DNA of 32,000 bases. Source: Microcystis aeruginosa NIES-843 (GTDB lineage: Bacteria > Cyanobacteriota > Cyanobacteriia > Cyanobacteriales > Microcystaceae). The stretch covers positions 2,730,001 to 2,762,000 of the forward strand of contig NC_010296.1 of assembly GCF_000010625.1 (NCBI RefSeq). The letters are read 5' to 3'. Each line of letters begins with the position of its first letter. The stretch's first letter is position 1. Below the pieces are notes generated by a model. The model was not told the origin of the DNA, did no database searches, and saw nothing but the letters and a program-made list of their open reading frames with translations. Made by a program: the position numbers and the translations under genes. Positions 24,833 to 32,000 of the stretch are shown here, piece by piece.

Positions 24833-25933
24833 ATGGTCAGGTCACGGAAATCGATGCAAAGTTCACTGAAAAGGATTATCATCGGGGCGAGTTTTTTTCT
24901 CGCTACGGTAGTCGGAGCAACTATCGGTTATATGGCCTACGGTTGGAGTTTTCTCGATGCCGTTTATATGGTGATAATCACCATATTTGGAGTAGGTTTC
25001 GGGGAAGTTAAACCGATTAACACTCCCAGTCTGAGAGCTTTTACCATGTTAGTTATCGTCTGTGGGACCACCTCGGCCGTTTATGTGGTGGGAGGTTTTT
25101 TTCAGATGCTCACCGAGGGAGAAATTAACAAAGCTTTTAGCGATCGCCAGATGAATAAAGAGATGGAATCCCTAGAAAATCACGTCATAATCTGCGGTTT
25201 TGGGCGTATAGGACGCATTCTAACGACTAAATTGGCAAAAACAGCCCAATCCTTTATTATCGTCGATAATAACCCCGATCGCATTGGATTAGCTCAGGAA
25301 AAAGGTTACTTAACTCTTAATGGTAACGCCACCGATGAAAGTATTCTCCAGAAAGCCGGTATCGACAAAGCGCGAGTTTTAGCGACGGTGTTGCCCGATG
25401 ATGCTTTAAATGTCTTTATCACTTTAACCGCAAGGGAACTCAGTCCGCAACTATACATTATCGCCAGGGGAGAATATCCCAGCACCGAGAAAAAATTAAA
25501 ACTAGCCGGGGCCGATCAAGTGGTCTTACCTGCTACCATTGGAGCAGAGAGAATGGCCCATTTAATCACCCATCCGGCCGCAATCGATTTTTTACAGGAA
25601 GATGAAGGTAGGCGCAATCTCAACGAATTATTAGCCGATATCGACCTGCAATTTGAAGAATACTCGATTTTAAGCGATTCGCCCTTTTTGGGACAACCCA
25701 TCAGTCAGATGGAAGTGCGGGGACAGGGTGCTTTTATTATCGTTGCTGTCCGTCAATTTGATGGTCGTGTCATCGCCCATCCCGACCATTCCACCATTCT
25801 ACAGCAAGGCGATACGGTCATTTTATTAGGTCATCGGGGCGATGTTCCTAATTTTGCCCGTCGTTATGCTCTGCGTCGAGAAATGCGCTATCGGGGGTCT
25901 TCTTGGTGGGATATTTACCCAGAAAAAAGTTGA
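24833..25933 (+). CDS. Two-TM potassium channel with RCK (TrkA-N/TrkA-C) domains
   Basis: The pore region is TIFGVGFGEV. A Rossmann motif VIICGFGRIGR follows, then a C-terminal TrkA-C-like segment. Confidence 0.8.
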   Translation: MVRSRKSMQSSLKRIIIGASFFLATVVGATIGYMAYGWSFLDAVYMVIITIFGVGFGEVKPINTPSLRAFTMLVIVCGTTSAVYVVGGFFQMLTEGEINKAFSDRQMNKEMESLENHVIICGFGRIGRILTTKLAKTAQSFIIVDNNPDRIGLAQEKGYLTLNGNATDESILQKAGIDKARVLATVLPDDALNVFITLTARELSPQLYIIARGEYPSTEKKLKLAGADQVVLPATIGAERMAHLITHPAAIDFLQEDEGRRNLNELLADIDLQFEEYSILSDSPFLGQPISQMEVRGQGAFIIVAVRQFDGRVIAHPDHSTILQQGDTVILLGHRGDVPNFARRYALRREMRYRGSSWWDIYPEKS

Positions 25934-26002
25934 GCTTTTCTGGAATTAATTTCGCCGCAGATGGAGATAGGAATGGCTCACCAATTATCTCCAGATACAG
26001 CT

Positions 26003-26203
26003 ATGAAATTAACCTATCGCAGCATTGCTTACGACAAAAATCCCACTGCCACCGTTGCTTCCAGTCCGCTGATTTTAGGCTATCGTGGTGTTCCCTATTT
26101 AAAAAACCGTGGTGTCGTTCAAACCATTCAGAAACAGGTAGCCGTTACCTATCGCGGTCAAGCCTATAATATCACTCAGTCTTTAGCTTCTTTGCCCATG
26201 TAA
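26003..26203 (+). CDS. DUF4278-like small protein
   Basis: MKLTYRSIAYD...LGYRGVPY...VTYRGQAY shows the repeated (Y)RG-x-x-Y motifs typical of this cyanobacterial family. The internal ATG at 26003 is preferred over the track start at 25961. Confidence 0.6.
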   Translation: MKLTYRSIAYDKNPTATVASSPLILGYRGVPYLKNRGVVQTIQKQVAVTYRGQAYNITQSLASLPM

Positions 26204-26358
26204 GAACCCTCTTTAAGTTTTTAACTTCTAGTTCTTTTTCAATCAATCTCTTTTAAATATTGTCAATTAATGATCACAGCAATTACCTTAAACGGGTTTT
26301 ATCTTCCCTCTTGCTCCAAGGGGGATTTTTAACTTGTTTTGCCAGCAAGGAATATATG

Positions 26359-26464
26359 TTCATAGTTAACAAAATTAATTACACATATTTTTCCCTTCCG
26401 CAGTTCCGCAGTTCCGGTGTTCCCCTTTTCTGGGGTGTGAATTTAATTTTGTCGAACTGCTGAT
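26359..26464. mobile_element. MITE-W copy, degenerate (core = CCGCAGTT units)
   Basis: AACAAAATTAATTACACAT at the left and GAATTTAATTTTGTCGAACTGCTGA at the right resemble the W termini. The core is TCCGCAGTTCCGCAGTTCCGGTGTTCC. Confidence 0.5.
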
Positions 26465-26516
26465 AGTTATCAGTTTTTTGTAGAATAGGGAGATTGAGAA
26501 AACGAACATCTGCCCT

Positions 26517-26978
26517 ATGACAAGATTTCCTTTGACTGGTCGCTATTCTGGTTTATGCGTCTTACTCACTTTATTCTGGTTAAGCGGTCAATCTTTACCC
26601 GTGCGAGCGGAAAAAATCTATAATCCCCTCCCCCTCATCCTCAATAAAGAAATTAACGATACTCTCACCGACAAAGATATTCCCACGGGTGAGGGGGGGT
26701 TTGCTAGAGATTATACCGTAGATTTGGACAAGGACGATCAGGTGGCCATCGATCTCAAATCGGAAAATTTTGATGGAGTTTTAATTCTCCTGGCCGACGA
26801 TGGTTCCACTGTAGCGGAAAATGATGATGGTCCCGATGGTGGCACTAATGCCCTCCTCTTTGCGCGCATTACCGAGTCGGGTAAGTATGTTATTCGGGTG
26901 AGAGCTTTCGGAGAAACCGGTGGGGGAAAATTTACCCTGAAATTAACCCGTTTACGGGCTGTGGATGGCAAAAATTAG
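26517..26978 (+). CDS. Secreted protein with bacterial pre-peptidase C-terminal (PPC) domain
   Basis: The signal peptide is LCVLLTLFWLSGQSLPVRA. It is followed by DYTVDLDKDDQVAIDLKSENFDGVLILLADDGSTVAENDD...GKYVIRVRAF, a PPC-like pattern. Confidence 0.65.
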   Translation: MTRFPLTGRYSGLCVLLTLFWLSGQSLPVRAEKIYNPLPLILNKEINDTLTDKDIPTGEGGFARDYTVDLDKDDQVAIDLKSENFDGVLILLADDGSTVAENDDGPDGGTNALLFARITESGKYVIRVRAFGETGGGKFTLKLTRLRAVDGKN

Positions 26979-27733
26979 CTAATTATTGTCAAAAAAACCA
27001 AGAATAGAGCCTCTGTCCACTCCACTACTGCACCGTAGGTATCGCCGGTGTGACCCCGAAGACGACGATATAACCAGTAACCAGTAAGCAGAGCGAGGGC
27101 GATTCCGGCACTAATGGCGATTATTCCCCACCTTAGACCGCCAAATAGGGCGATTAACCCCCAAATTATTCCCCCACAGTCCCAGGGCAGACAAAAAGCC
27201 ACTTTATGAAAGGCTCCCTTGCCGGTGGGTTTGAGGTAGGGATAAAGAGCGATCGCCATTACTTGCCCCCAACGTCCCCAAATTGGTGCTAAAATTAGAG
27301 CTAAGGCTCGATTATCGCTTAAATCAGTCAAAGCGGCGATTTTTAGCAGCAAAACCATAGTCACGGCCATGACTCCAAAGGCCCCGGTAACACTATCGGC
27401 CATGACCGCTAAACGACGCGGGGGGTCGGTGACAGCTAAACCATCGGCCGTGTCACTAACTCCATCAAGGTGTAGTCCTCCCGTTAGATAAACCCAAACC
27501 CCCACAAGGACAACTGCACGAGTTAGAGGTGGCATTCCCAGACCAGCTAGAGTTATATCGAGCAAAACTAGAATTAAACCCAAAAATAAGCCCACTAAGG
27601 GAATCCATCGGGCAATTCTGCCAAAATCCCGCCAGGCAATCGGAACGGGAATAATCGTGTAAAAAGCGATCGCACCTAAAAATGAGCGAATTTCTTGACA
27701 AATGAAGTTAAATATGGTAGTCAATCCCCCCAA
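26975..27733 (-). CDS. cobS: Adenosylcobinamide-GDP ribazoletransferase (cobalamin synthase)
   Basis: FYTIIPVP and GGLHLDGVSDTADG are present in a polytopic membrane profile. The start is TTG. The 3' end overlaps the convergent PPC gene by 4 nt. Confidence 0.9.
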   Translation of the reverse strand: MGGLTTIFNFICQEIRSFLGAIAFYTIIPVPIAWRDFGRIARWIPLVGLFLGLILVLLDITLAGLGMPPLTRAVVLVGVWVYLTGGLHLDGVSDTADGLAVTDPPRRLAVMADSVTGAFGVMAVTMVLLLKIAALTDLSDNRALALILAPIWGRWGQVMAIALYPYLKPTGKGAFHKVAFCLPWDCGGIIWGLIALFGGLRWGIIAISAGIALALLTGYWLYRRLRGHTGDTYGAVVEWTEALFLVFLTIIS

Positions 27734-27866
27734 AATTAGATTCCGGTATGGCAGCGTTTCTCATAAAGATGAAGTATAACTTAATTTTGTATCGGCCACC
27801 CTGTGGGATTTTCAAAACATCTGAGAACGCCTATAATAATTCGGCATAACACGCTTATTGTAATGT

Positions 27867-28065
27867 TAAGTACCTAAGCAAAATTAATTACACATCTAAG
27901 CCACTACTCCGTCAGACTTCTGGTGTGAGGAAACAGTGAACTGAAAACTCAAATCCGATCCCTAATAGCTGTCTCCCGTCTCCCGTCTCGGAGTCTCCCG
28001 TCTCGGAGTCTCCTGTCTCGGAGTCTCCTGTCTCGACTAGGAAATTAATTTTGCACGACTACTTA
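27867..28065. mobile_element. MITE-W copy 2 (core = GTCTCCC/GTCTCGGA units)
   Basis: Termini are TAAGTACCTAAGCAAAATTAATTACACAT and GAAATTAATTTTGCACGACTACTTA. TA occurs at both junctions. The core tandem GTCTCCCGTCTCGGAGTCTCC... spans about 27971-28036. Confidence 0.7.
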
Positions 28066-28090
28066 TAGGAAGAGTTCTTGCGATCGCTCT

Positions 28091-28161
28091 ATTTGAGCGT
28101 AATATACGGAAAGATTCTTTAAAAAGTGCGTATTTAGCGTGATATACGGAAAATTTCCGTA
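28091..28161 (+). promoter_or_regulatory. Candidate operator: direct repeat ATTT(G)AGCGTRATATACGGAAA x2, the second extending into the palindrome TACGGAAA-A-TTTCCGTA
   Basis: The repeats are at 28091-28112 and 28132-28153. The palindrome, with 8-bp arms, is at 28145-28161, about 80 nt upstream of the 28240 ATG. Confidence 0.4.
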
Positions 28162-28239
28162 CACTATATAGTTATGCTGCTTCGATTGTTGATGGTGGCA
28201 TAGTTTGGATATTCAGCCATAGCATTTAGGAGAGAAAAA

Positions 28240-28482
28240 ATGGCTAACCAAGTCATATGCTCGCACTGCAATAGCAAAAACATTCAACCAACTAACCAAA
28301 AAAATTATGTCGAGTGTAAAGATTGTGGAGGTATTACCGATACTCGTGATTGGGCAGCTAAATTTCTTGGCTCGGCAGTAGGAACTGGGATAGCTGTGTT
28401 GGCTGTCGGTTTACTTCCAGATGAAATTACGGATGGTATTGCTGAAGGTGTCACTGATTTCATGGACGACTTTATGGCATGA
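28240..28482 (+). CDS. Small zinc-ribbon plus single-TM protein, unknown function
   Basis: AGGAGA lies 6 nt upstream of the ATG. CSHC...CKDC form two CxxC pairs. A TM helix GSAVGTGIAVLAVGLL and an acidic tail DEITDGIAEGVTDFMDDF follow. Confidence 0.55.
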   Translation: MANQVICSHCNSKNIQPTNQKNYVECKDCGGITDTRDWAAKFLGSAVGTGIAVLAVGLLPDEITDGIAEGVTDFMDDFMA

Positions 28483-28532
28483 CCATAGAGGCTGATTTAG
28501 TATGTATTAGTTCTAGTCTTTGAGAGTTCCGA

Positions 28533-28688
28533 ATGAAGAGAGTTAAAGCCATATTCGCACTCCTTATAGGTGTTGCGATCATAATATTTGCCCTAGTTGG
28601 TTCATTCCCAATTGCAACTAAAATTGGTGTCATTTGCATCTATGGTGTTAGTATGGCAATTATTTTCAGCTATCTATCTTCTGGCTGA
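28533..28688 (+). CDS. Possible 51-aa two-TM membrane peptide
   Basis: Below the track cut-off. The product is MKRVKAIFALLIGVAIIIFALVGSFPIATKIGVICIYGVSMAIIFSYLSSG. It starts 50 nt after the previous stop and has only a weak GAGAG upstream. Confidence 0.35.
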   Translation: MKRVKAIFALLIGVAIIIFALVGSFPIATKIGVICIYGVSMAIIFSYLSSG

Positions 28689-28796
28689 GAGTCTATACTT
28701 TTGGTGGCAATCGATTTCGAGCAAAGAATAAACCCATTTCAGCCAAATGTGTGATAATGAAAGAAATTAGTTCAGTCTGGCATACCTTAATTCTTC

Positions 28797-29075
28797 ATGC
28801 AATTTGAGTGGGACGAAGCGAAAAATATTGAAAATATTCGTAAACATGAGATTGATTTTGCTGATGTTCCCACGATGTTTGATGGAGAAATGCTGATTGA
28901 GCTAGATGATCGTTTCGACTATGGCGAAGATCGCTGGTTTGGGATCGGTTTTCTCGGTTCTGGAATAGCAGTAGTAGTCTGGACGGAACGTCAAAAAAAT
29001 GTAACCCGAATCATTTCAGCGCGAAGAGCCAACCGTCATGAGCAGAAACGATTTGAACAGTACCTCTCGTACTAA
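28797..29075 (+). CDS. brnT: BrnT-family (DUF497) ribonuclease toxin
   Basis: FEWDEAKNIENIRKHEIDFADV...DRWFGIGF...RIISARRANRHEQKRF is the BrnT pattern. Confidence 0.85.
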   Translation: MQFEWDEAKNIENIRKHEIDFADVPTMFDGEMLIELDDRFDYGEDRWFGIGFLGSGIAVVVWTERQKNVTRIISARRANRHEQKRFEQYLSY

Positions 29076-29316
29076 TTGGGCAGCTTTAGAGTCAAGGTCA
29101 GAAGAGAATATCGACTACTCAGATATTCCGCCGCTGACAGATGAATTTTTTGAACGAGCTACTTTACGTATTCCAGCAGATCAAGCACACAACCTAGTTC
29201 AGCTTGATCCAGATGTGAAACAGTGGTTTCAGGCTCAAGGAGAACAGTATAAAACCCTAATAAACAAGGTTTTGCGTCAATATATGGAAAGCAACCAAAC
29301 TCAGCACCAAGCATAA
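29038..29316 (+). CDS. brnA: BrnA-like antitoxin (DUF4415-type)
   Basis: The gene overlaps the brnT 3' end by 38 nt. IDYSDIPPLTDEFFERA...VQLDPDVKQWFQAQGEQYKTLINKVLRQYM is the BrnA/DUF4415 pattern. Confidence 0.8.
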   Translation: MSRNDLNSTSRTNWAALESRSEENIDYSDIPPLTDEFFERATLRIPADQAHNLVQLDPDVKQWFQAQGEQYKTLINKVLRQYMESNQTQHQA

Positions 29317-29439
29317 CCCTTCGTTGGAGCCGACCTTCAAAAGTGATCTTTATACCCTAAAATTTATCTGCGGCGGCTCAACTTAGCCGTTAGCCTGCTC
29401 TGCTTCTGGGTTGAGGCACTTATGCCCTCTTGCATTTTT

Positions 29440-29490
29440 AGTGCGATCGCCGATCTTGTAGGGTGCGTTAATGAAATGTAACGCACCTTA
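29440..29490 (+). repeat. Hairpin repeat copy C (HP family)
   Basis: AGTGCGATCGCCGATCTTGTAG followed by GGTGCGTTA (29462-29470) pairing with TAACGCACC (29479-29487). Confidence 0.8.
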
Positions 29491-29748
29491 TCTAATGTTC
29501 AAAATCCGTGCGTTACGCTAACGCTAACACACGCTACATCATATCGATCGCCAAGATTAAGTGATTGCCAAAGCGATCGGGTATAACACAACGTTGCACC
29601 TGACTTAATAAAGCGATCAATGATAAACTAAAATCATGGTAAGCAATCTGGGTTAAGGATTTTGCGAATCAGTCGTCGGGGGGCGTTGGATCCCCTTGCT
29701 TTTTTTGTGCGCTACTATGGAATTAAATGATTAAAAGCTAAGACTGCT

Positions 29749-30126
29749 ATGGCACTGGCATCGAATGGACAAACAGCTATAATCCGCACAGAGCGAGGGC
29801 TTACAATTGCGGATACTCGTATTACTCTGTATGACGTGATGGATTATCTCAAAGCTCAGTATCCACCCAAGTTTATTCGTGATGCCTTCAATCTTACAGA
29901 TGCTCAGATTCATGCCGCCCTTTCCTACATTGAAACACATCGAACAGAAGTGGAAGCAGAGTATCAGGAGGTTTTAAAGACTGCCGCAGAAACTAAACAA
30001 TTTTGGGAAGAGAGGAATCGCGAACGTTTTGCTCGGATCGCTGCTACTCCTCCTCGTCCAGGCTATGAAGCGGTTAGAGCTAAACTTCAGGAACGGAGAG
30101 CAAAGCGGGAAGCGAAGAAGCAATGA
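29749..30126 (+). CDS. DUF433-domain protein (antitoxin-like HTH)
   Basis: ERGLTIADTRITLYDVMDYLKAQYPPKFIRDAFNLTDAQIHAALSYI is the DUF433 pattern. A basic coiled C-terminal tail follows. Confidence 0.75.
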   Translation: MALASNGQTAIIRTERGLTIADTRITLYDVMDYLKAQYPPKFIRDAFNLTDAQIHAALSYIETHRTEVEAEYQEVLKTAAETKQFWEERNRERFARIAATPPRPGYEAVRAKLQERRAKREAKKQ

Positions 30127-30515
30127 TTGTTCTGGCTGATTACAACTTGAATCGGCAGGCAATTCTGATCTCTGGAAGTCTTGTTGTTAGCGGGTTATTA
30201 GATCTCGCTCTAATTCGGTTGAGGACATTTGAAGACGTTGGCTTACCCGCAGACAGCAATGATCGAGTAGTTTGGAGATTTGCCCAAACCAACGGGATGC
30301 TCTTACTTACGGCAAACCGGAATGCGAAGGGTGAAGACTCGTTGGAACAAGTAATGCGTGAAGAAAATCAACCGACTTCATTTCCGATCATTACGATTGG
30401 CGATCCGGATAGGGTCAATGAATCTGATTATCGAGAACGCTGCGTTGAAAGGCTTGTAGAAATTGTGATCGATATCCAAGACTATATGGGGGCTGGTCGG
30501 TTGTTTATTCCATAA
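30123..30515 (+). CDS. DUF5615-like (PIN-like) protein, putative toxin partner of DUF433
   Basis: An ATGA start/stop overlap links it to the upstream gene. MIVLADYNL...DRVVWRFAQTNGMLLLTANRN follows the DUF5615 pattern. Confidence 0.65.
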   Translation: MIVLADYNLNRQAILISGSLVVSGLLDLALIRLRTFEDVGLPADSNDRVVWRFAQTNGMLLLTANRNAKGEDSLEQVMREENQPTSFPIITIGDPDRVNESDYRERCVERLVEIVIDIQDYMGAGRLFIP

Positions 30516-30589
30516 GGTGATTGGCGCATCATATCTGTTGGTGACACGGCATAACAACCCCAATGCACACCGACCGACGAAAGCTAATC

Positions 30590-30640
30590 AGTGTGATCGC
30601 CAATCTTGTAGGGTGCGTCTCACGCACCTTTTACCTTTTT
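30590..30640 (+). repeat. Hairpin repeat copy D (HP family), terminator-like in this context
   Basis: AGTGTGATCGCCAATCTTGTAG followed by GGTGCGT (30612-30618), loop CTC, ACGCACC (30622-30628), then TTTTACCTTTTT. It lies 75 nt after the DUF5615 stop. Confidence 0.75.
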
Positions 30641-30645
30641 AAATA

Positions 30646-31783
30646 TACTTTGCACGGCTACAACTTGCATTTTTTACTCAAGGACAATAATATAGTTTAA
30701 GAGTCATAATTAGAAGCAAAGCACTCATTGAAAACATGATTAACCTAGAATTCACCGAAGAAGAAAAGAACTCACTGTATTATGAAAGATTTCATCATCC
30801 TCATCCCCGGGTTCAACTTAAGATGGAAGTTCTTTGGTTAAAGAGTCAAAAGATACCGCACCAAAAAATTTGTCAGTTAGCAGGAATCTCGCCAAATACC
30901 TTATTAACTTATCTTCGAGATTATCAAGAAGGCGGAATAGAAAAATTAAAAGAAATCAACTTCTATCGCCCTAAAAGTGAATTAGAGTCTCAAAGAGAAA
31001 CGCTCAAAAAATATTTCGAGAAAAATCCACCAGTCACAATAAATGAAGCTGTATATAGGAGAGAAGAATTGATGGGAATAAAACGAAGTCCTACCCAAGT
31101 GAGAAAATTTTTAAAATCAATGGGAATGAAATGTTTAAAAGTAGGTTCTCTTCCTTCTAAAGCTGACCCAGATGAACAAGAGGACTACAAAGAAAAAAAG
31201 CTAGAACCCAGACTAAATGAGGCTAAAGAAGGAAAAAGGGCTGTTTTTTTTGTTGATGCCGCTCACTTCGTCATGGGAGCATTTCTCGGTTTTGTTTGGT
31301 GTTTTGAGAGACTTTTTGTTAAGTCACCGAGCGGGCGTAAACGCTTCAATGTTTTAGGAGCATTAAATGCAATAACTCATGAAGTTATTCTGGTTACGAA
31401 TGACACTTATATTACAGCAACTCAAGTCTGTGAACTCCGGTCAAAAATAGCTGCTTTAGGACTAATGATTCCCATCACTCTCGTATTAGATAATGCCCGC
31501 TATCAGAAATGTAAAATTGTTGAAAAATTGGCTCTTTCTTTGTCAATAGATCTACTCTATCTACCGTCTTATTCGCCTAATCTAAATTTAATTGAAAGGC
31601 TGTGGAAATTTGTCAAAAAGAAATGTTTATATGGTAAATATTATGAAAACTTTTCTGACTTTTCTTCAGCCATTTATGAATGTTTGAATGATGCCCATCT
31701 GAAACATAAAAAAGAACTGGATTCCTTGCTGACTCTACGATTTCAGAAGTTTAATAAATCTCAGATTATGAACGTCTAAAGTA
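30646..31783 (+). mobile_element. IS630-family insertion sequence, copy 2
   Basis: Inverted termini are TACTTTGCACG (30646-) and CGTCTAAAGTA (-31783), matching at 9 of 11 positions. The element is directly flanked by TA on both sides (30644-30645 and 31784-31785). Confidence 0.85.
30736..31779 (+). CDS. IS630-family (DDE) transposase
   Basis: The N-terminal HTH is ICQLAGISPNTLLTYLRDYQEGGIEKL. It is followed by FFVDAAHF, LVLDNARYQKC and YSPNLNLIERLWKFVKK. Confidence 0.9.
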   Translation: MINLEFTEEEKNSLYYERFHHPHPRVQLKMEVLWLKSQKIPHQKICQLAGISPNTLLTYLRDYQEGGIEKLKEINFYRPKSELESQRETLKKYFEKNPPVTINEAVYRREELMGIKRSPTQVRKFLKSMGMKCLKVGSLPSKADPDEQEDYKEKKLEPRLNEAKEGKRAVFFVDAAHFVMGAFLGFVWCFERLFVKSPSGRKRFNVLGALNAITHEVILVTNDTYITATQVCELRSKIAALGLMIPITLVLDNARYQKCKIVEKLALSLSIDLLYLPSYSPNLNLIERLWKFVKKKCLYGKYYENFSDFSSAIYECLNDAHLKHKKELDSLLTLRFQKFNKSQIMNV

Positions 31784-32000
31784 TATAAGCCCGTCTAACA
31801 AATCACTGCACCCGACCGTATACCTGGACTTCCCCGTTGACAAAAGGCCATAACCTGTGCTGTAGGAGGGATTAAGAGAATTTACAGCGCCCCGTTACTG
31901 GGTACAAATCAAGGAAACCCCTAATAAATCTAACGCTTTTTGTTGCAGTTGAGTCGGTCGAGTTATCTTAGAAAAACGATAACTTCCCTCCCTAATCGTA

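Noticed and set aside
26260-26463. 67-aa + strand ORF
   Set aside because: It spans a degenerate MITE-W copy and its heptamer core. It has no RBS and no recognisable domain.
27734-27866. Cobalamin riboswitch upstream of cobS
   Set aside because: Reading the minus strand, I found no B12-box-like element or the expected conserved stems. The region is short and partly abuts a MITE.
18538-30640. Hairpin repeats flanking small cassettes considered as integron attC sites (CALIN-like array)
   Set aside because: No integron integrase is in the window. I could not find the paired RYYYAAC / GTTRRRY core sites at the stem bases. The two bracketed cassettes are on opposite strands while the repeats are co-oriented. 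The idea is kept only as a hypothesis to test.
18968-31779. Other overlapping track ORFs (18968-19270, 19128-19337, 21434-21652, 22809-23021, 24167-24385, 25516-25701, 25903-26169, 26738-26971, 27465-27701, 29731-29940, 29974-30162, 30378-30563)
   Set aside because: Each lies within or antisense to a better-supported gene and shows no independent signal.
1-32000. tRNA, rRNA or tmRNA genes
   Set aside because: No cloverleaf-compatible or rRNA-like stretch was recognised in the intergenic regions by eye. A tRNAscan or Infernal run would be needed to exclude small RNAs.

Overview
The window looks like a cyanobacterial chromosome. Evidence is many GCGATCGC (HIP1) palindromes, heptanucleotide tandem arrays, and psbY, hemA and a class II FBP/SBPase gene. 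The repeat style suggests a Microcystis-like unicellular cyanobacterium, but that is unverified inference. Housekeeping genes are interrupted by three visibly AT-rich accessory patches. The housekeeping set is a metallophosphoesterase, a pcp-like peptidase, hemA, glpX, a VOC protein, a gamma-CA-like protein, psbY, an FAD oxidase, purB, infC, phoX, an RCK K+ channel, a DUF4278 protein, a PPC-domain protein and cobS. Patch 1 (about 1.37-6.3 kb) holds nested MITEs, one 820-aa gene fusing an N6-adenine methyltransferase to a PstI/BsuBI-type endonuclease, and an IS607-type element whose tnpB has a single in-frame TGA. Patch 2 (about 14.6-21.1 kb, between purB and infC) holds a decayed response-regulator remnant and an IS630 copy ending 17 bp upstream of a putative restriction endonuclease. 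It also holds a convergent methyltransferase with its own small HTH gene, an IS630-derived MITE, and a two-gene ABC/SMC-type ATPase plus Toprim-like (DUF4276-like) module. That last module is my top candidate for an uncharacterised split-OLD / PARIS-like defence system. Patch 3 (about 27.8-31.8 kb) holds a small zinc-ribbon/membrane gene pair, brnT-brnA, a DUF433-DUF5615 pair and a second IS630. Patch 3 and the ATPase/Toprim end of patch 2 are punctuated by four co-oriented copies of a hairpin repeat. Patch 3 also carries a second short boundary motif. At least four MITE-like families occur, and most junctions carry TA, which points to IS630/Tc1-mariner-type mobilisation. phoX carries a textbook three-unit Pho-box promoter and sits between inverted MITE copies. 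No rRNA, tRNA or CRISPR array was recognised by eye. All family assignments come from motif reading, not from searches.
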